From Steroidobacteraceae bacterium (lineage in GTDB: Bacteria; Pseudomonadota; Gammaproteobacteria; Steroidobacterales; Steroidobacteraceae): a stretch of DNA of 64,000 bases. Under the pieces are notes generated by a model. It saw nothing but the letters and a program-made list of their open reading frames with translations. It ran no database searches and was not told where the DNA came from. This document shows, piece after piece, positions 27,376 to 37,407 of the stretch. Every line of letters begins with the position of its first letter. Within the stretch, counting starts at the first letter, position 1. The position numbers were made by a program, and so were the translations under genes. The stretch spans positions 53,763 through 117,762 of the forward strand of contig JBKQSA010000103.1 of assembly GCA_052143815.1 (NCBI GenBank), written 5' to 3'.

Positions 27376-28530
27376 ATGCTGATGAAGGAATCATCGCCGG
27401 CCGCCGAATCGTGGTTCACGCTTCGCCTCGGAAAATGGCTGCTGCTGATCGTCGGCGTTGCAATCATCGCCTTGCTGGCACTCCGGTTGATGCAGGCGTT
27501 GAGCCCGAAAAAGGCGCTCGCCAAACCGATTGCCATTCCCACCGTGTCGGTCACCGAAGTCGGCGTGAGTACGGTGCCGACGACCATCGAGATCACGGGC
27601 ACGATCGCCGCACGGTACGACATGCCCATCGGCGTCGAGGGCGATGCGGGCCGGATCGCAGCGATCAACGTGGAAGCCGGCGATCACGTCAAGAAGGGCG
27701 AGGTGCTCGCGCGCCTCAACGTGTCGGTATTGCAGCCGCAGGTTGCCAATCTGGAAGCCGCGCTCGAGCAGGCGCGTGCGGAAGCGGAGCTCGCGGATGC
27801 GGAATACCATCGTGCGGTAACCGTGGGCTCCGCCGGTGCGCTGTCCGTCGAAGAAACTCAGCGCCGAAAATCGAGTGCGGTAACCGCTGCGGCAAAAGTA
27901 AAATTTGCCGCGGCGCAGTTGGCCGAGGCCCAGGCTCGCCTGGCGCGGGCCGAGATACGAGCACCGGCCGACGGCATCATCCTGACTCGCAACGTCGAGG
28001 TGGGACAAACGGCGACGCCCGGCGGCGAAGCGTTATTTCGGTTATCCGAGGGCGGCGCAGTGGAACTGCGCGGCCAGGTCGCCGAGCAGGATCTGCCTCT
28101 GTTGAAAGTCGGCCAGGACGCATCGGTGCGGCTCACCGGTACATCGCAGTCATATCCCGGCAAGGTCCGTTTGCTGGGCGCGGTCATCGATCCGCAGACG
28201 CGGTTGGGAACGGTGCGCGTGGGGCTCCAGCCGGATCCGAATCTGCGGCCTGGGGCGTTCGCCCGCGCGGAAGTCACCGTGAGCAATGCGGAGCGGACCA
28301 TACTGCCGCAGACCGCGGTCCTGATAGACGAGAAAGGCAGCTACGTTCTGGTGGTCAACGCGCAGAACAGGGTCGAGCGGCACGCCGTGCACGTCTCCGG
28401 CATCGTCGGCAATGGCGTGAGCATCGCCGACGGGGTGAGAGATAAGGACCGGGTGGTTGCGACCGCCGGCGCATTCTTGCAGCAGGGTGAGGTCGTCAAC
28501 CCCGTACTGAAAGACACCGGCTCTTCATGA
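27376..28530 (+). CDS. RND efflux periplasmic adaptor (MFP)
   Basis: Lipoyl and coiled-coil pattern (GDHVKKGEVLARLN ... AQLAEAQARLARAEIRAPADGIILTRNVEVGQ). Confidence 0.88.
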   Translation: MLMKESSPAAESWFTLRLGKWLLLIVGVAIIALLALRLMQALSPKKALAKPIAIPTVSVTEVGVSTVPTTIEITGTIAARYDMPIGVEGDAGRIAAINVEAGDHVKKGEVLARLNVSVLQPQVANLEAALEQARAEAELADAEYHRAVTVGSAGALSVEETQRRKSSAVTAAAKVKFAAAQLAEAQARLARAEIRAPADGIILTRNVEVGQTATPGGEALFRLSEGGAVELRGQVAEQDLPLLKVGQDASVRLTGTSQSYPGKVRLLGAVIDPQTRLGTVRVGLQPDPNLRPGAFARAEVTVSNAERTILPQTAVLIDEKGSYVLVVNAQNRVERHAVHVSGIVGNGVSIADGVRDKDRVVATAGAFLQQGEVVNPVLKDTGSS

Positions 28531-31500
28531 AGAACATTTCCGCCTGGGCCATCCGCCATCCCATCCCGCCCATGGTGTTGTTCGTGGTGCTGTTCTTCTT
28601 GGGCGTGGCGGCGTTCATTCGATTGCCAATCAACTTGGGTCCGGACATTTCCTTTCCGCTGGTCAGCGTCAGCATCGGGCAACCGGGCGCCGCGCCGACG
28701 GAAATGGAACCGCAGATTGCGCAAAAGCTGGAAGGCTCGATCGCGAGCATCGGCAATGTGCGCAATATCATCACCTACATCGTCGAAGGCGCCGTCGATA
28801 TCGACGTGGAATTTCAGATCGGCACGCCCATCGATCGCGCGGTGACGGATGTGCGCGACGCGGTGGCGAAGGTACGCAACGACCTGCCGCAGGGCATCCT
28901 GGAACCTCTGGTGCAGCGAATCAACGTCGATGGAGATGCCATCGCGTACTACGCGGTAACGACCACGACGCTCACGCCCGAACAGCTCAGTTGGTCCATC
29001 GACAATGGCGTCACCAAACGGCTGCTCGCTATTCCCGGCGTTGCGCAGGTATCGCGCAGCGGCGGTGTGCGTCGGGAAATTCGTGTGGAACTGGATCCCG
29101 GCCGGCTGCAAGCATTGGGGCTGACGGCGTTCGAGGTCAATGAACAAGTGCGGGCGCTCAATCTGGATGCGGCCGGCGGCAGGGCGCAGGTGGGCGGCGG
29201 CGAACAGGCCATCCGGGTTTTGGGGGGCGCCAAAACGGCGGCGGCGCTGGCAGATACCCAGATCATGGCCCGCGGCGGCAGGTCGTTCCGCTTGCGCGAA
29301 ATCGCGGACGTGCACGATGGCATCGAAGAGGTTCGCAGCATCGCCCGGCTGAATGGACGGCCGGCTACCGCGTTCGGAGTCTTCAAGGCGAAGGGCGCCT
29401 CGGATGTCAGCGTGTTCAAGGCGGTGCAAACCGAACTCGCTAAAATTCAGACCGAGACGCCGGCGCTGCATATGACGCTGATATCGAACACGGTCGACCA
29501 TACGCTGCGCATCTATGATTCGTCATTGAGCGCGCTGATCGAAGGGTCGCTCCTCGCCGTGGCCGTCGTGTGGCTGTTTCTGCGCAACGTGCGCGCCACC
29601 GTGATTTCAGCGCTGGCCATCCCGCTATCGGCGGTTCCGACGTTCGCTTTCATGCAGTGGATGGATTTCACGCTCAACCAGATCACGCTGCTCGCATTGT
29701 CGTTGGTTGCGGGCGTGCTGGTGGACGATGCCATCGTCGAGATCGAAAATATCGTCAGGCACATGCGAATGGGGAAGAGTGCTTATCAAGCGGCAATGGA
29801 TGCGGCGGACGAAATCGGGTTGGCCGTCGTGGCCACCTCGTTCACCATCATCGCGGTCTTCCTTCCTGTGAGCTTCATGAGCGGAATAACGGGTCAGTAT
29901 TTCCGGCAATTCGGCTTGACCGTGGCCGTGGCGGTCTTCATTTCGCTCATGGTGGCGCGAATGATCACGCCCGTGCTCGCCGCCTATTCCTTGCGGCGCG
30001 GTCTCATCCACGCGGACGAGCACGCCGACGGTCCCATCATGGCACGCTACTTGTCGCTGCTGAGCTGGTGCGTGGCCAATCGTTGGAAAACCATTGCCGG
30101 CGGCGCAGCGTTTTTCCTGTTATCCATCATGGCCATGACCATCATTCCGCAGTCCTTCGTTCCGCCCGAGGACTTTGCGAGTTCGCAACTCAACATCGAG
30201 GTGCCGCCGGGCGGCACGCTCGAAGACACGGCGCAAGTGTCGGCCGCGGCGGCGGCCGTGCTCCGCAAGTCGCCCGAAGTGACCGACGTGATCGAGTTCG
30301 TCGGCAACGGCGACACGGGCGAAATACGCTACGGGAATATCTATGCCAGCCTCGTCCCGCGTGCCGATCGCAAGTTGAGCCAGAAGGAGTGGGAGCAAAG
30401 CATGATGCCCATCCTCAATCAGGTGCCGGACGGCCACCTGAATTTCACCAGTCAAGGTCCCGGCGGTGGCCGGGATATCGAATTTTTTCTCGTCGGTGAT
30501 GACCCGCCATTGGTCGAAAAGACCGGTCACCAGCTCCTCGCGGAAATGAAATTGCTCAACGAGATCCGCGATCCGCAGATTCGCGGCGATCTGCAGCGTC
30601 CGGAAATTGTCGTCAAACCGCGGCTCGATGTCGCCGCCCAATTGGGGGTGAGCGTCGAAAGCATCAGTCAAACCATCCGCATCGCGACACTGGGCGACCT
30701 GCCGCAAAACGGCGCCAAGTTTTCCTTGGGTGACCGTCAGGTTCCCATTCGTGTGAGCCTGACCGAAAGCGCGCGCCGTGATCTTTCGACACTGGAGAAT
30801 CTTCCGGTTCCAACTGCATCGGGCGCCGCCGTGCCGCTCAAGTCGGTCGCCGACTTGAGCTTCGGTCAAGGCCCCTCGGTGGTGCGCCGCTACAATCAAA
30901 CGCGCCGTTTGCGAATGGAGGCGGATTTGAGTCCCGGCGTCGAACTCGGCGCGGGCACCCAGAAAATCTACAACTTGCCGACGATGAAGAACCTGCCGCA
31001 GGGCATGCGTATGGTGAAAACGGGCAATACCGAGTTCTTTCAGGAAATGATGCAGAACTTCGGGCTCGCCATGGGTGCCGGGATTCTGATGGTGTTCGCG
31101 GTATTGGTGCTGTTGTTCGCCCGCCTGTTTCAGCCCATCACAATTTTATCGGCACTGCCGCTTTCCGTCGGCGGCGCCGTGCTGGCGTTGCTGCTCACCA
31201 ATCGACCCTTCTCCATCGCGGTGGTCATCGGATTTCTCATGCTCATGGGAATCGTCGCGAAGAATTCCATTCTGTTGGTGGACTTTGCGATCGAAGAGAT
31301 GCGCGCCGGCAAATCCCGGCTGGAGGCAATCCTGGAATCGGGTCACAAGCGGGCGCGACCCATCGTCATGACGACGGTGGCCATGATCGCCGGCATGTTG
31401 CCGGTCGCCCTGGGATGGGGTGGGGACAGCGATTTTCGATCGCCGATGGCGATCGCGGTGATCGGCGGCCTGGTGACTTCGACGTTGCTGACGTTGATCA

Positions 31501-31697
31501 TCGTGCCGGCCATTTTTACCGTATTCGACGACATCGAGCGTTGGATCGCGCCCAAGGCCGGCAAGCTCCTGGCCGAACCGGTCGGTACGATCTCGGGTGA
31601 GATTCCGGGCAGCCCGCGCGGGCTTGGGTCCCGGTCGAGCGGCATTCTGCCGAACCAGACCGTGGCCGCGGGAGATGGCCCCGGCGACGGCCTGTAA
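28527..31697 (+). CDS. RND efflux permease (AcrB/AcrD/AcrF family)
   Basis: 1056 aa, MKNISAWAIRHPIPPMVLFVVL..., with a 12-TM and two-large-loop architecture. ATGA overlap with the adaptor gene. No outer-membrane factor gene is adjacent. Confidence 0.95.
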   Translation: MKNISAWAIRHPIPPMVLFVVLFFLGVAAFIRLPINLGPDISFPLVSVSIGQPGAAPTEMEPQIAQKLEGSIASIGNVRNIITYIVEGAVDIDVEFQIGTPIDRAVTDVRDAVAKVRNDLPQGILEPLVQRINVDGDAIAYYAVTTTTLTPEQLSWSIDNGVTKRLLAIPGVAQVSRSGGVRREIRVELDPGRLQALGLTAFEVNEQVRALNLDAAGGRAQVGGGEQAIRVLGGAKTAAALADTQIMARGGRSFRLREIADVHDGIEEVRSIARLNGRPATAFGVFKAKGASDVSVFKAVQTELAKIQTETPALHMTLISNTVDHTLRIYDSSLSALIEGSLLAVAVVWLFLRNVRATVISALAIPLSAVPTFAFMQWMDFTLNQITLLALSLVAGVLVDDAIVEIENIVRHMRMGKSAYQAAMDAADEIGLAVVATSFTIIAVFLPVSFMSGITGQYFRQFGLTVAVAVFISLMVARMITPVLAAYSLRRGLIHADEHADGPIMARYLSLLSWCVANRWKTIAGGAAFFLLSIMAMTIIPQSFVPPEDFASSQLNIEVPPGGTLEDTAQVSAAAAAVLRKSPEVTDVIEFVGNGDTGEIRYGNIYASLVPRADRKLSQKEWEQSMMPILNQVPDGHLNFTSQGPGGGRDIEFFLVGDDPPLVEKTGHQLLAEMKLLNEIRDPQIRGDLQRPEIVVKPRLDVAAQLGVSVESISQTIRIATLGDLPQNGAKFSLGDRQVPIRVSLTESARRDLSTLENLPVPTASGAAVPLKSVADLSFGQGPSVVRRYNQTRRLRMEADLSPGVELGAGTQKIYNLPTMKNLPQGMRMVKTGNTEFFQEMMQNFGLAMGAGILMVFAVLVLLFARLFQPITILSALPLSVGGAVLALLLTNRPFSIAVVIGFLMLMGIVAKNSILLVDFAIEEMRAGKSRLEAILESGHKRARPIVMTTVAMIAGMLPVALGWGGDSDFRSPMAIAVIGGLVTSTLLTLIIVPAIFTVFDDIERWIAPKAGKLLAEPVGTISGEIPGSPRGLGSRSSGILPNQTVAAGDGPGDGL

Positions 31698-31710
31698 ACG
31701 CGCCGGGCAG

Positions 31711-32595
31711 ATGCGCGTTGCTTCTGTCGATATGCCGCTGAAAGCCTACATGCTGATCCTTGCGGTGCTGTTGTCGGCGCTGCCGCCGGCGGCGCGCGCG
31801 GACCTGCACGATGCCGTCAATTGGGCCCGCGTGCAAGGATGCGCGCGGTCGATTCGAATCCCGCTGCGCGACAGCCCGAAGCTGCGGCTGGCGGCACAGC
31901 AGATGGCAACCGGCATGTCGCTGCATGCGGCGCTGTCGTCCGCCGGCTATGTTGCCGCACAGTCTTCGGCGGTGCATTTGTCGGGCGTAGTGAGCGACGC
32001 GCAGGTGAGCCGCATCCTTTCCGCCAACGATTGCGCCGCGTTGACCGATCCTCACGTGGCAGAGATGGGTGTGCAGCGCCGCGGTCGCGATCTGTGGATA
32101 GTATTTGCGGCTCCGGTGGCGCTGCCGTCGACCCGCGATGCGGCCCTCATTCAGCGGCAAATTCTGGATCTGGTCAACAGATCTCGGGAGAGCGGCCGTC
32201 GCTGCGGAAGCAAACCGTATCCTGCGGTTCCGCCGCTCACGTTGAATACGGTACTGACCGACGCGGCGCTTGCCCATTCGCAGGAAATGGCCGCCTATGA
32301 TGAGTTCGATCACCGTGGCCACGACGGCAGCTCACCCGCGGCGCGCGTTGCGCGGGCCGGGTATGGAAGTTATCTCATCGTGGGTGAAAACATTGCCGCG
32401 GGCGCGATGACGCCGGCGGAAGTCACACAAGGGTGGCTCGACAGTCCACCGCATTGCGAGAACATCATGGACTCGCGCTTTTCGCAGATCGGCATTGGGT
32501 TCGCAGTGAATACGGCGAGTCCCGAACTCGTCTATTGGACCCAGGATTTTGCGGCGCCGCGCCGCGATCACATTGCCGGCAGGACAGGGCCCTAA
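31711..32595 (+). CDS. Secreted CAP/SCP/PR1-like (YkwD-type) domain protein
   Basis: Signal peptide MPLKAYMLILAVLLSALPPAARA. CAP blocks are LDLVNRSRESGRRCG, AALAHSQEMAAYDEFDHRG, GENIAAG and GWLDSPPHCENIMDSRFSQIGIG. Confidence 0.8.
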   Translation: MRVASVDMPLKAYMLILAVLLSALPPAARADLHDAVNWARVQGCARSIRIPLRDSPKLRLAAQQMATGMSLHAALSSAGYVAAQSSAVHLSGVVSDAQVSRILSANDCAALTDPHVAEMGVQRRGRDLWIVFAAPVALPSTRDAALIQRQILDLVNRSRESGRRCGSKPYPAVPPLTLNTVLTDAALAHSQEMAAYDEFDHRGHDGSSPAARVARAGYGSYLIVGENIAAGAMTPAEVTQGWLDSPPHCENIMDSRFSQIGIGFAVNTASPELVYWTQDFAAPRRDHIAGRTGP

Positions 32596-34121
32596 TCCAT
32601 GACGGCGTGCACATCCGCCGGCGCCGCGCCGCGCCGTGGCGTGCGCAGAAGCAGCAACAGCGGAAGCACCGCGATCGTCAGATAGAGCATCAGCCGAAAA
32701 TCATTGATGTAAGCGATCATGGACGATTGCTGGGTGATCATGGCGTCGAGCGCTGCGGCACCGCTCGGCCGCGCCAGATCGTAGGCCGAGGCTACCGCCG
32801 GATTGTTCCAAGCCGGATTGGCATACGTGATCCGCTCGACCAACGCTGCATGCGTGGACACGGTGTTACGCACCAGCACCGTTTGCACCAGTGAGATGCC
32901 GATGCTGCTGCCGATGTTGCGGACGAGACTGAAGATAGCCGTTCCGGGGGCGCGCATGGCCGGACTCAACGTGGCAAACGTGGCAGCGCTCAACGGCACG
33001 AACACCAGTCCCATGCCGATGCCCTGTATCACGCCCGGCCAGATGATGTCGCCCTGCGACAGGTCGAGGGAATACTGGGTCATCTGCCACAGCGCCACCA
33101 GCGTGACAGAAAAGCCGGTGAATAAAATCAAACGTAGATCGACTTTACCGATGATCCGTCCCGCGATGAGCATGGCCAGCATGGTGCCGAGGCCCGATGG
33201 CGCGGTGACCAATCCGGTGGTGGCGACGGGATAATCGAGCAGATCCTCCAGCATGGTGGGCGTGAGCGCCCGGGTTGCGTATAGCACCAGGCCGACGATG
33301 AAAATGAACAGCAACCCGGACACGTAATTGCCGTTCTTGAGCAATCGGTAGTCGAAAAATGATTTGTCCGGGCGGGTGAGAGCGGTGTGGGCAATGAAGT
33401 ACGTGAACGTGACCACCATGGCGACCGCTTCGATCCAAGTTTCCGTCGACGAAAACCAATCGTTCTGTTCGCCCCGATCCAACAGCAATTGCAGGGCGCC
33501 GATGGCCAAACTCAACGATGCAAACCCGAACGGATCGAATTGCATACGGCGTGTCGCGGGCGATGGCCGGATAAATCGCCAAATGCCGTAGGTTGCGAGC
33601 GCACCGATGGGAATGTTGATGAAAAACACCCAGCGCCAGTTGTAGCTGTCCGTGAGCCAGCCACCCAGGGTGGGCCCAAGTATCGGACCCACCATGACGC
33701 CCATACCCCAAACCGCCATGGCCGAGCCCTGTTTTTCGGGGGGGTTGATGTCCATCAAGACCATTTGCGACATCGGTACCAAAGCCGCGCCGAACACACC
33801 TTGCAGCAGCCGGGCCGCGACGATTTGGGCCAAAGAATCAGACAATCCGCACAATGCCGACGCGACGGTGAATCCGATCACCGACATCATGAACACGTTC
33901 TTTTGCCCGAAGCGGTCCACCATCCACCCGGTCAACGGTGTCGCGATCGCCGCCGCCACGATGTATGCGGTCAGCACCCAGGCTATCTGGTCTTGGGAGG
34001 CCGACAGCGCGCCTTGCATATGCGGCAGGGCCACGTTCGCGATCGTGGTGTCGAGGGTCTGCATGATCGTCGCCATCATGATCGACAGCGTGATCATGCG
34101 GCGATTGAGCGGGCGGATCAT
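32592..34121 (-). CDS. MFS drug:H+ antiporter, DHA2 (EmrB/QacA, 14-TMS) family
   Basis: MATIMQTLDTTIANVALPHMQGAL and LSDSLAQIVAARLLQGVFGAALVP. 509 aa. Its stop overlaps the stop of the convergent CAP gene (32592-32595). Confidence 0.9.
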   Translation of the reverse strand: MIRPLNRRMITLSIMMATIMQTLDTTIANVALPHMQGALSASQDQIAWVLTAYIVAAAIATPLTGWMVDRFGQKNVFMMSVIGFTVASALCGLSDSLAQIVAARLLQGVFGAALVPMSQMVLMDINPPEKQGSAMAVWGMGVMVGPILGPTLGGWLTDSYNWRWVFFINIPIGALATYGIWRFIRPSPATRRMQFDPFGFASLSLAIGALQLLLDRGEQNDWFSSTETWIEAVAMVVTFTYFIAHTALTRPDKSFFDYRLLKNGNYVSGLLFIFIVGLVLYATRALTPTMLEDLLDYPVATTGLVTAPSGLGTMLAMLIAGRIIGKVDLRLILFTGFSVTLVALWQMTQYSLDLSQGDIIWPGVIQGIGMGLVFVPLSAATFATLSPAMRAPGTAIFSLVRNIGSSIGISLVQTVLVRNTVSTHAALVERITYANPAWNNPAVASAYDLARPSGAAALDAMITQQSSMIAYINDFRLMLYLTIAVLPLLLLLRTPRRGAAPADVHAVMD

Positions 34122-34552
34122 GACGCGCCGTCGATCCTGCGCTGCAGGTCCTCCAGAACATGGGTTGCCGTTTCGAGGTGGAGGGGATCGATCTTGGCGA
34201 GCAGCTCCTTGCGCACCGCGGCCGCTTCGGCCTTGACCTTGTCGTACAGTCGATAGCCCGCTTCCGTGATGATCACATGCTTGATGCGTCGATCCACGGT
34301 CGACACCTCGCGGGTGACCAATCCGGATTTCACCAAGCGATCGACCATGGCCACCATGGTGGCGCCTTCGACGGCGAGCCGGTCGGCCAGTTCGGATTGC
34401 GACAGCGGCCGGCGCGCTTTAGCCGCCACGGCAATCGTCATCCAACTCGCCTGACTGACGCCCAGAAATTTCAGGCGCCGATCGATGGCTTGCCGCCACG
34501 CACGCGCCGTGCCGTGCAGCGCGTTTGAAAAGCGTTCTTCGAGCTCGTCCAT
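34118..34552 (-). CDS. MarR-family transcriptional regulator
   Basis: Winged-HTH LSQSELADRLAVEGATMVAMVDRLVKSGLVTREVSTVDRR. ATGA coupling to the MFS pump gene. Confidence 0.9.
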   Translation of the reverse strand: MDELEERFSNALHGTARAWRQAIDRRLKFLGVSQASWMTIAVAAKARRPLSQSELADRLAVEGATMVAMVDRLVKSGLVTREVSTVDRRIKHVIITEAGYRLYDKVKAEAAAVRKELLAKIDPLHLETATHVLEDLQRRIDGAS

Positions 34553-34563
34553 TACAAAGCTCT

Positions 34564-34585
34564 CTAATCATTAGCAGGCTAATCA
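34564..34585. promoter_or_regulatory. Candidate MarR operator: palindrome CTAAT-C-ATTAG plus a repeated CTAATCA
   Basis: Read directly in the 81-nt MarR/CBS divergent spacer. Confidence 0.3.
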
Positions 34586-34633
34586 ATATACCATAGACAA
34601 TTCCGGGAACCCAGCCACGGTAGCGCTGTCTCG

Positions 34634-35185
34634 TTGACTATGGTAACGGCAACATTGATCTCGACGCTGAACTTTGATGCCGGGTTTTTGCCTCGACGGT
34701 CGGTGGTCGATGGCCAGTCGTTGAGTCCGGGCGATCCCGCCATTCTGGCGATTACGGACTTCACTCGCGAACATCCGGTCACCGTTGACGCCGAGCGACA
34801 GATCGACGATGCGTTGAATGACATGATCAATCTGGGCGTCCGCGCGCTCCTGGTCTACAAAGAACACCGCATCGTGGGCCTCATCACGTCGTACGACATT
34901 CAGGGGGAGAGGCCGATCCAGTTTCTGCAGTCGTCGAATTACACCCAGCATCGCGATATCCGCGTCGCCCACATCATGACGCCCTGGGATGCGCTGACAG
35001 CCGTGGAGTGGCGGACCGTGCAGTTGATGTGCGCGGGCGACCTGCTTGCCTTGTTGGACGAAGCGGGCTTGACCCATGTCATCGTGGTCGAACCCGATCG
35101 GCAAAGCGCGTCGTGTGTCGTTCGGGCTTTGGTTTCGCGCGCTCGATTGGTCCGTCAGTTGAAGGGACTGCGGCGCGCGGGCTGA
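34634..35185 (+). CDS. CBS-domain pair protein
   Basis: ITDFTREHPVTVDAERQIDDALNDMINLGVRALLVYKEHRIVGLITSYDI and a second CBS-like unit. Confidence 0.75.
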   Translation: MTMVTATLISTLNFDAGFLPRRSVVDGQSLSPGDPAILAITDFTREHPVTVDAERQIDDALNDMINLGVRALLVYKEHRIVGLITSYDIQGERPIQFLQSSNYTQHRDIRVAHIMTPWDALTAVEWRTVQLMCAGDLLALLDEAGLTHVIVVEPDRQSASCVVRALVSRARLVRQLKGLRRAG

Positions 35186-35210
35186 AACGCGCGCAGCAAT
35201 CGCTTCGCCG

Positions 35211-35597
35211 CTAGCTTTTCACCCACGTTACCGTGGCGATGCCGGCAAAAGTCATCAGCAGCGAGCCGATCAAATGCACGGCGATGGTGCCCATCGCCCA
35301 GGCCATGCGGCCGCTTTGCATGAGCGTCACGACCTCGGCCGAGAAGGTGGAGAACGTGGTCAGACCGCCGCAAAATCCCGTGGTGACGAACAGCCGCCAT
35401 TCCATGGGGGTGCCCGGGTTCGCGGCGAACACGGCGAGCGCCACGCCGATCACGTAGCAGCCGAGGAGGTTCGTCGCCAGGGTGCCGGGCGGAACCGTCG
35501 GAAAATAACGATTGAAAATCAGCGCGAGTAACCAGCGCAACAGGCACCCGAGCATGCCGCCCGCCGCCACCGCAATCATCGATCGCCACCACGTCAT
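35211..35597 (-). CDS. crcB: Fluoride channel CrcB/FluC
   Basis: GGMLGCLLRW..., PPGTLATNLLGCYVIG and TTGFCGGLTTFSTFSAEV. Confidence 0.9.
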   Translation of the reverse strand: MTWWRSMIAVAAGGMLGCLLRWLLALIFNRYFPTVPPGTLATNLLGCYVIGVALAVFAANPGTPMEWRLFVTTGFCGGLTTFSTFSAEVVTLMQSGRMAWAMGTIAVHLIGSLLMTFAGIATVTWVKS

Positions 35598-35612
35598 ACG
35601 GTAACCGTACGT

Positions 35613-35773
35613 TTATCGCTCAGCGAACGCCAGATGGACATACGCGTAAGGCCCCCCGCTTCGGGGTAAGCGGAGGCCGGCAGAAGGAATACGCCGGAAC
35701 CGATGGTGTTGCCCACCACCAAGGCCACGCACGTCCAGAAGCCGAGCAAGTGCGGTCGCTTGGCGTTCTGCAT
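35613..35773 (-). pseudogene. Remnant of an APC-family amino-acid/polyamine permease (N-terminus only, frame-broken)
   Basis: MQNAKRPHLLGFWTCVALVVGNTIGSGVFLLPAS is in one frame and SGGPYAYVHLAFAER in another. The rest of the roughly 450-aa permease is absent. Confidence 0.5.
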
Positions 35774-35891
35774 CAGCGATCTGAAGATTGCGGGACGTTG
35801 ACAGATCGCATCGGGCAGATCGTAATCGCTTTGGCAGCACGAATCAAAGTTATGGAGAAGTCTTGCGCCGTGGCCGGCGGTGCATCCGTCC

Positions 35892-36050
35892 ATGCATTTA
35901 TTCGTGAGCCGCGCCCGCGAACGCGAAATATCGTTCGCAATTCGCGGTAATCTCATCATCCTCGCACCGCCGCTGGTGATTCTCGAAAATGATCTCCAGC
36001 TGGCGCTCGACACCATGGATCGCTTGCTCGGGGAGTTGAACTGGACATGA
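35892..36050 (+). pseudogene. C-terminal remnant of a class III aminotransferase
   Basis: ...FVSRAREREISFAIRGNLIILAPPLVILENDLQLALDTMDRLLGEL* matches the conserved (G)N-x-I-x-L-x-PPL-x-I tail. Its TGA overlaps the ATG of the intact aminotransferase gene. Confidence 0.55.
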
Positions 36051-37405
36051 AAAACACACACATCAAAACCGATTTGCCGGGTCCCAAGGCTCGTCAGTTG
36101 CTTGCGCGCGATGCGCTCGTGGTTTCACCCTCGTATCCACGGGACTACCCGTTCGTGATGTCCCACGGCAAAGGGGCTGAAGTCTGGGATGTGGACGGCA
36201 ACCGCTTTTTGGATTTTGCGGCCGGCATTGCCGTTTGCAGCACCGGCCATAGCCATCCGGTGGTAGTGCAAGCCATCAAAGATGCAGCGGATCGGTTTTT
36301 ACATATTTCCTCGGACTATTGGCACGAGGGCCAGGTTCGGCTGGGTGAGCGGATCAACGAATTGTCGCCGATGAAACAGCCGGTGATGAGTTTCTTTGCG
36401 CAGTCCGGCACCGAAAGCGTCGAGGCAGCACTCAAGCTGGCGCGCTATGTCACCGGCCGCGGCCGCTTCATCGGATTTCTGGGCGGATTCCACGGTAGAA
36501 CCATGGGGTCTCTGGCGTTCACGTCCAGCAAGTACACCCAACAAAAAGGCTTTTTTCCGACCATGCCGGGCGTCACCCATGTGCCGTATCCGAATAACTA
36601 TCGGCCATTGTTCGCAGGCCTCGATCAGGGTCGCGCCGTGCTGCGTTATATCGAGGAGGTCCTGTTCGTCTACAACGTGCCGGCCAACGAAGTCGCGGCC
36701 ATCCTGGTCGAACCCATTCAAGGCGAGGGGGGCTACCTCGTTCCGCCCGATGGATTTCTGGCCGGCTTGCGTGAGCTTTGCGACCGGCACGGCATTCTCC
36801 TGATTTTCGACGAGGTTCAGTCCGGCATCGGACGCACCGGCAAGATGTTCGCATCCCAACACTGGGATGTGGCTCCCGACATCATGACGTTGGCGAAGGG
36901 TTTGGGGTCCGGCATGCCCATCGGCATGATGGTCGCGAATCGCACCATCATGCAGAAATGGTCGCGCGGCGCTCATGGAAACACCTTCGGTGGCAATCCG
37001 TTGTGTTGTGCGGCCGCGCTCGCGACGCTCGACCTGGTCGAGCATCGCTACCGGGAAAATGCCGCCAAAGTTGGCGATTACTTCATGAAAAAATTGCGCG
37101 CGCTCGCGGACAAGTATGCAGTGATCGGCGAAATCCGCGGCAAGGGGCTGATGATCGGTATGGAACTGGTGACCGATGCAGCCAGCAAGACTCCGGCCAA
37201 GGAATTTTGCGATGCCATCATCACGCGCGCGTACCACAACGGGTTGATCCTGCTGTCCTGCGGCCAGAGCACCGTTCGCTTCATGCCGCCCTTGATGATT
37301 CGCGATTCCGACGTCGATGAAGCCGTGAACCTGCTCGATCATACGATGGCCGAAGAACTCTCGAGTACGCACCTGCACGTCGCTCGAGGCGTTGCAAGCG
37401 CCTGA
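36047..37405 (+). CDS. gabT: Class III aminotransferase, GabT-like (4-aminobutyrate/omega-amine)
   Basis: DFAAGIAVCSTGHSHP, EPIQGEGGY, LIFDEVQSGIGRTGKMFA, TLAKGLGSGMP (PLP Lys) and GLILLSCGQSTVRFMPPL. Confidence 0.85.
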   Translation: MKNTHIKTDLPGPKARQLLARDALVVSPSYPRDYPFVMSHGKGAEVWDVDGNRFLDFAAGIAVCSTGHSHPVVVQAIKDAADRFLHISSDYWHEGQVRLGERINELSPMKQPVMSFFAQSGTESVEAALKLARYVTGRGRFIGFLGGFHGRTMGSLAFTSSKYTQQKGFFPTMPGVTHVPYPNNYRPLFAGLDQGRAVLRYIEEVLFVYNVPANEVAAILVEPIQGEGGYLVPPDGFLAGLRELCDRHGILLIFDEVQSGIGRTGKMFASQHWDVAPDIMTLAKGLGSGMPIGMMVANRTIMQKWSRGAHGNTFGGNPLCCAAALATLDLVEHRYRENAAKVGDYFMKKLRALADKYAVIGEIRGKGLMIGMELVTDAASKTPAKEFCDAIITRAYHNGLILLSCGQSTVRFMPPLMIRDSDVDEAVNLLDHTMAEELSSTHLHVARGVASA

Positions 37406-37407
37406 GC

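Noticed and set aside
35598-35700. Search for a fluoride (crcB-motif) riboswitch upstream of crcB
   Set aside because: I read the minus strand upstream of the ATG. A small hairpin (GTACGG-TTA-CCGTAT) and an ATAAAC are present. The conserved GGNGATG 5' arm, the CTGATGAT-type 3' element and the pseudoknot pairing are not. The segment is better explained as an APC-permease stump.
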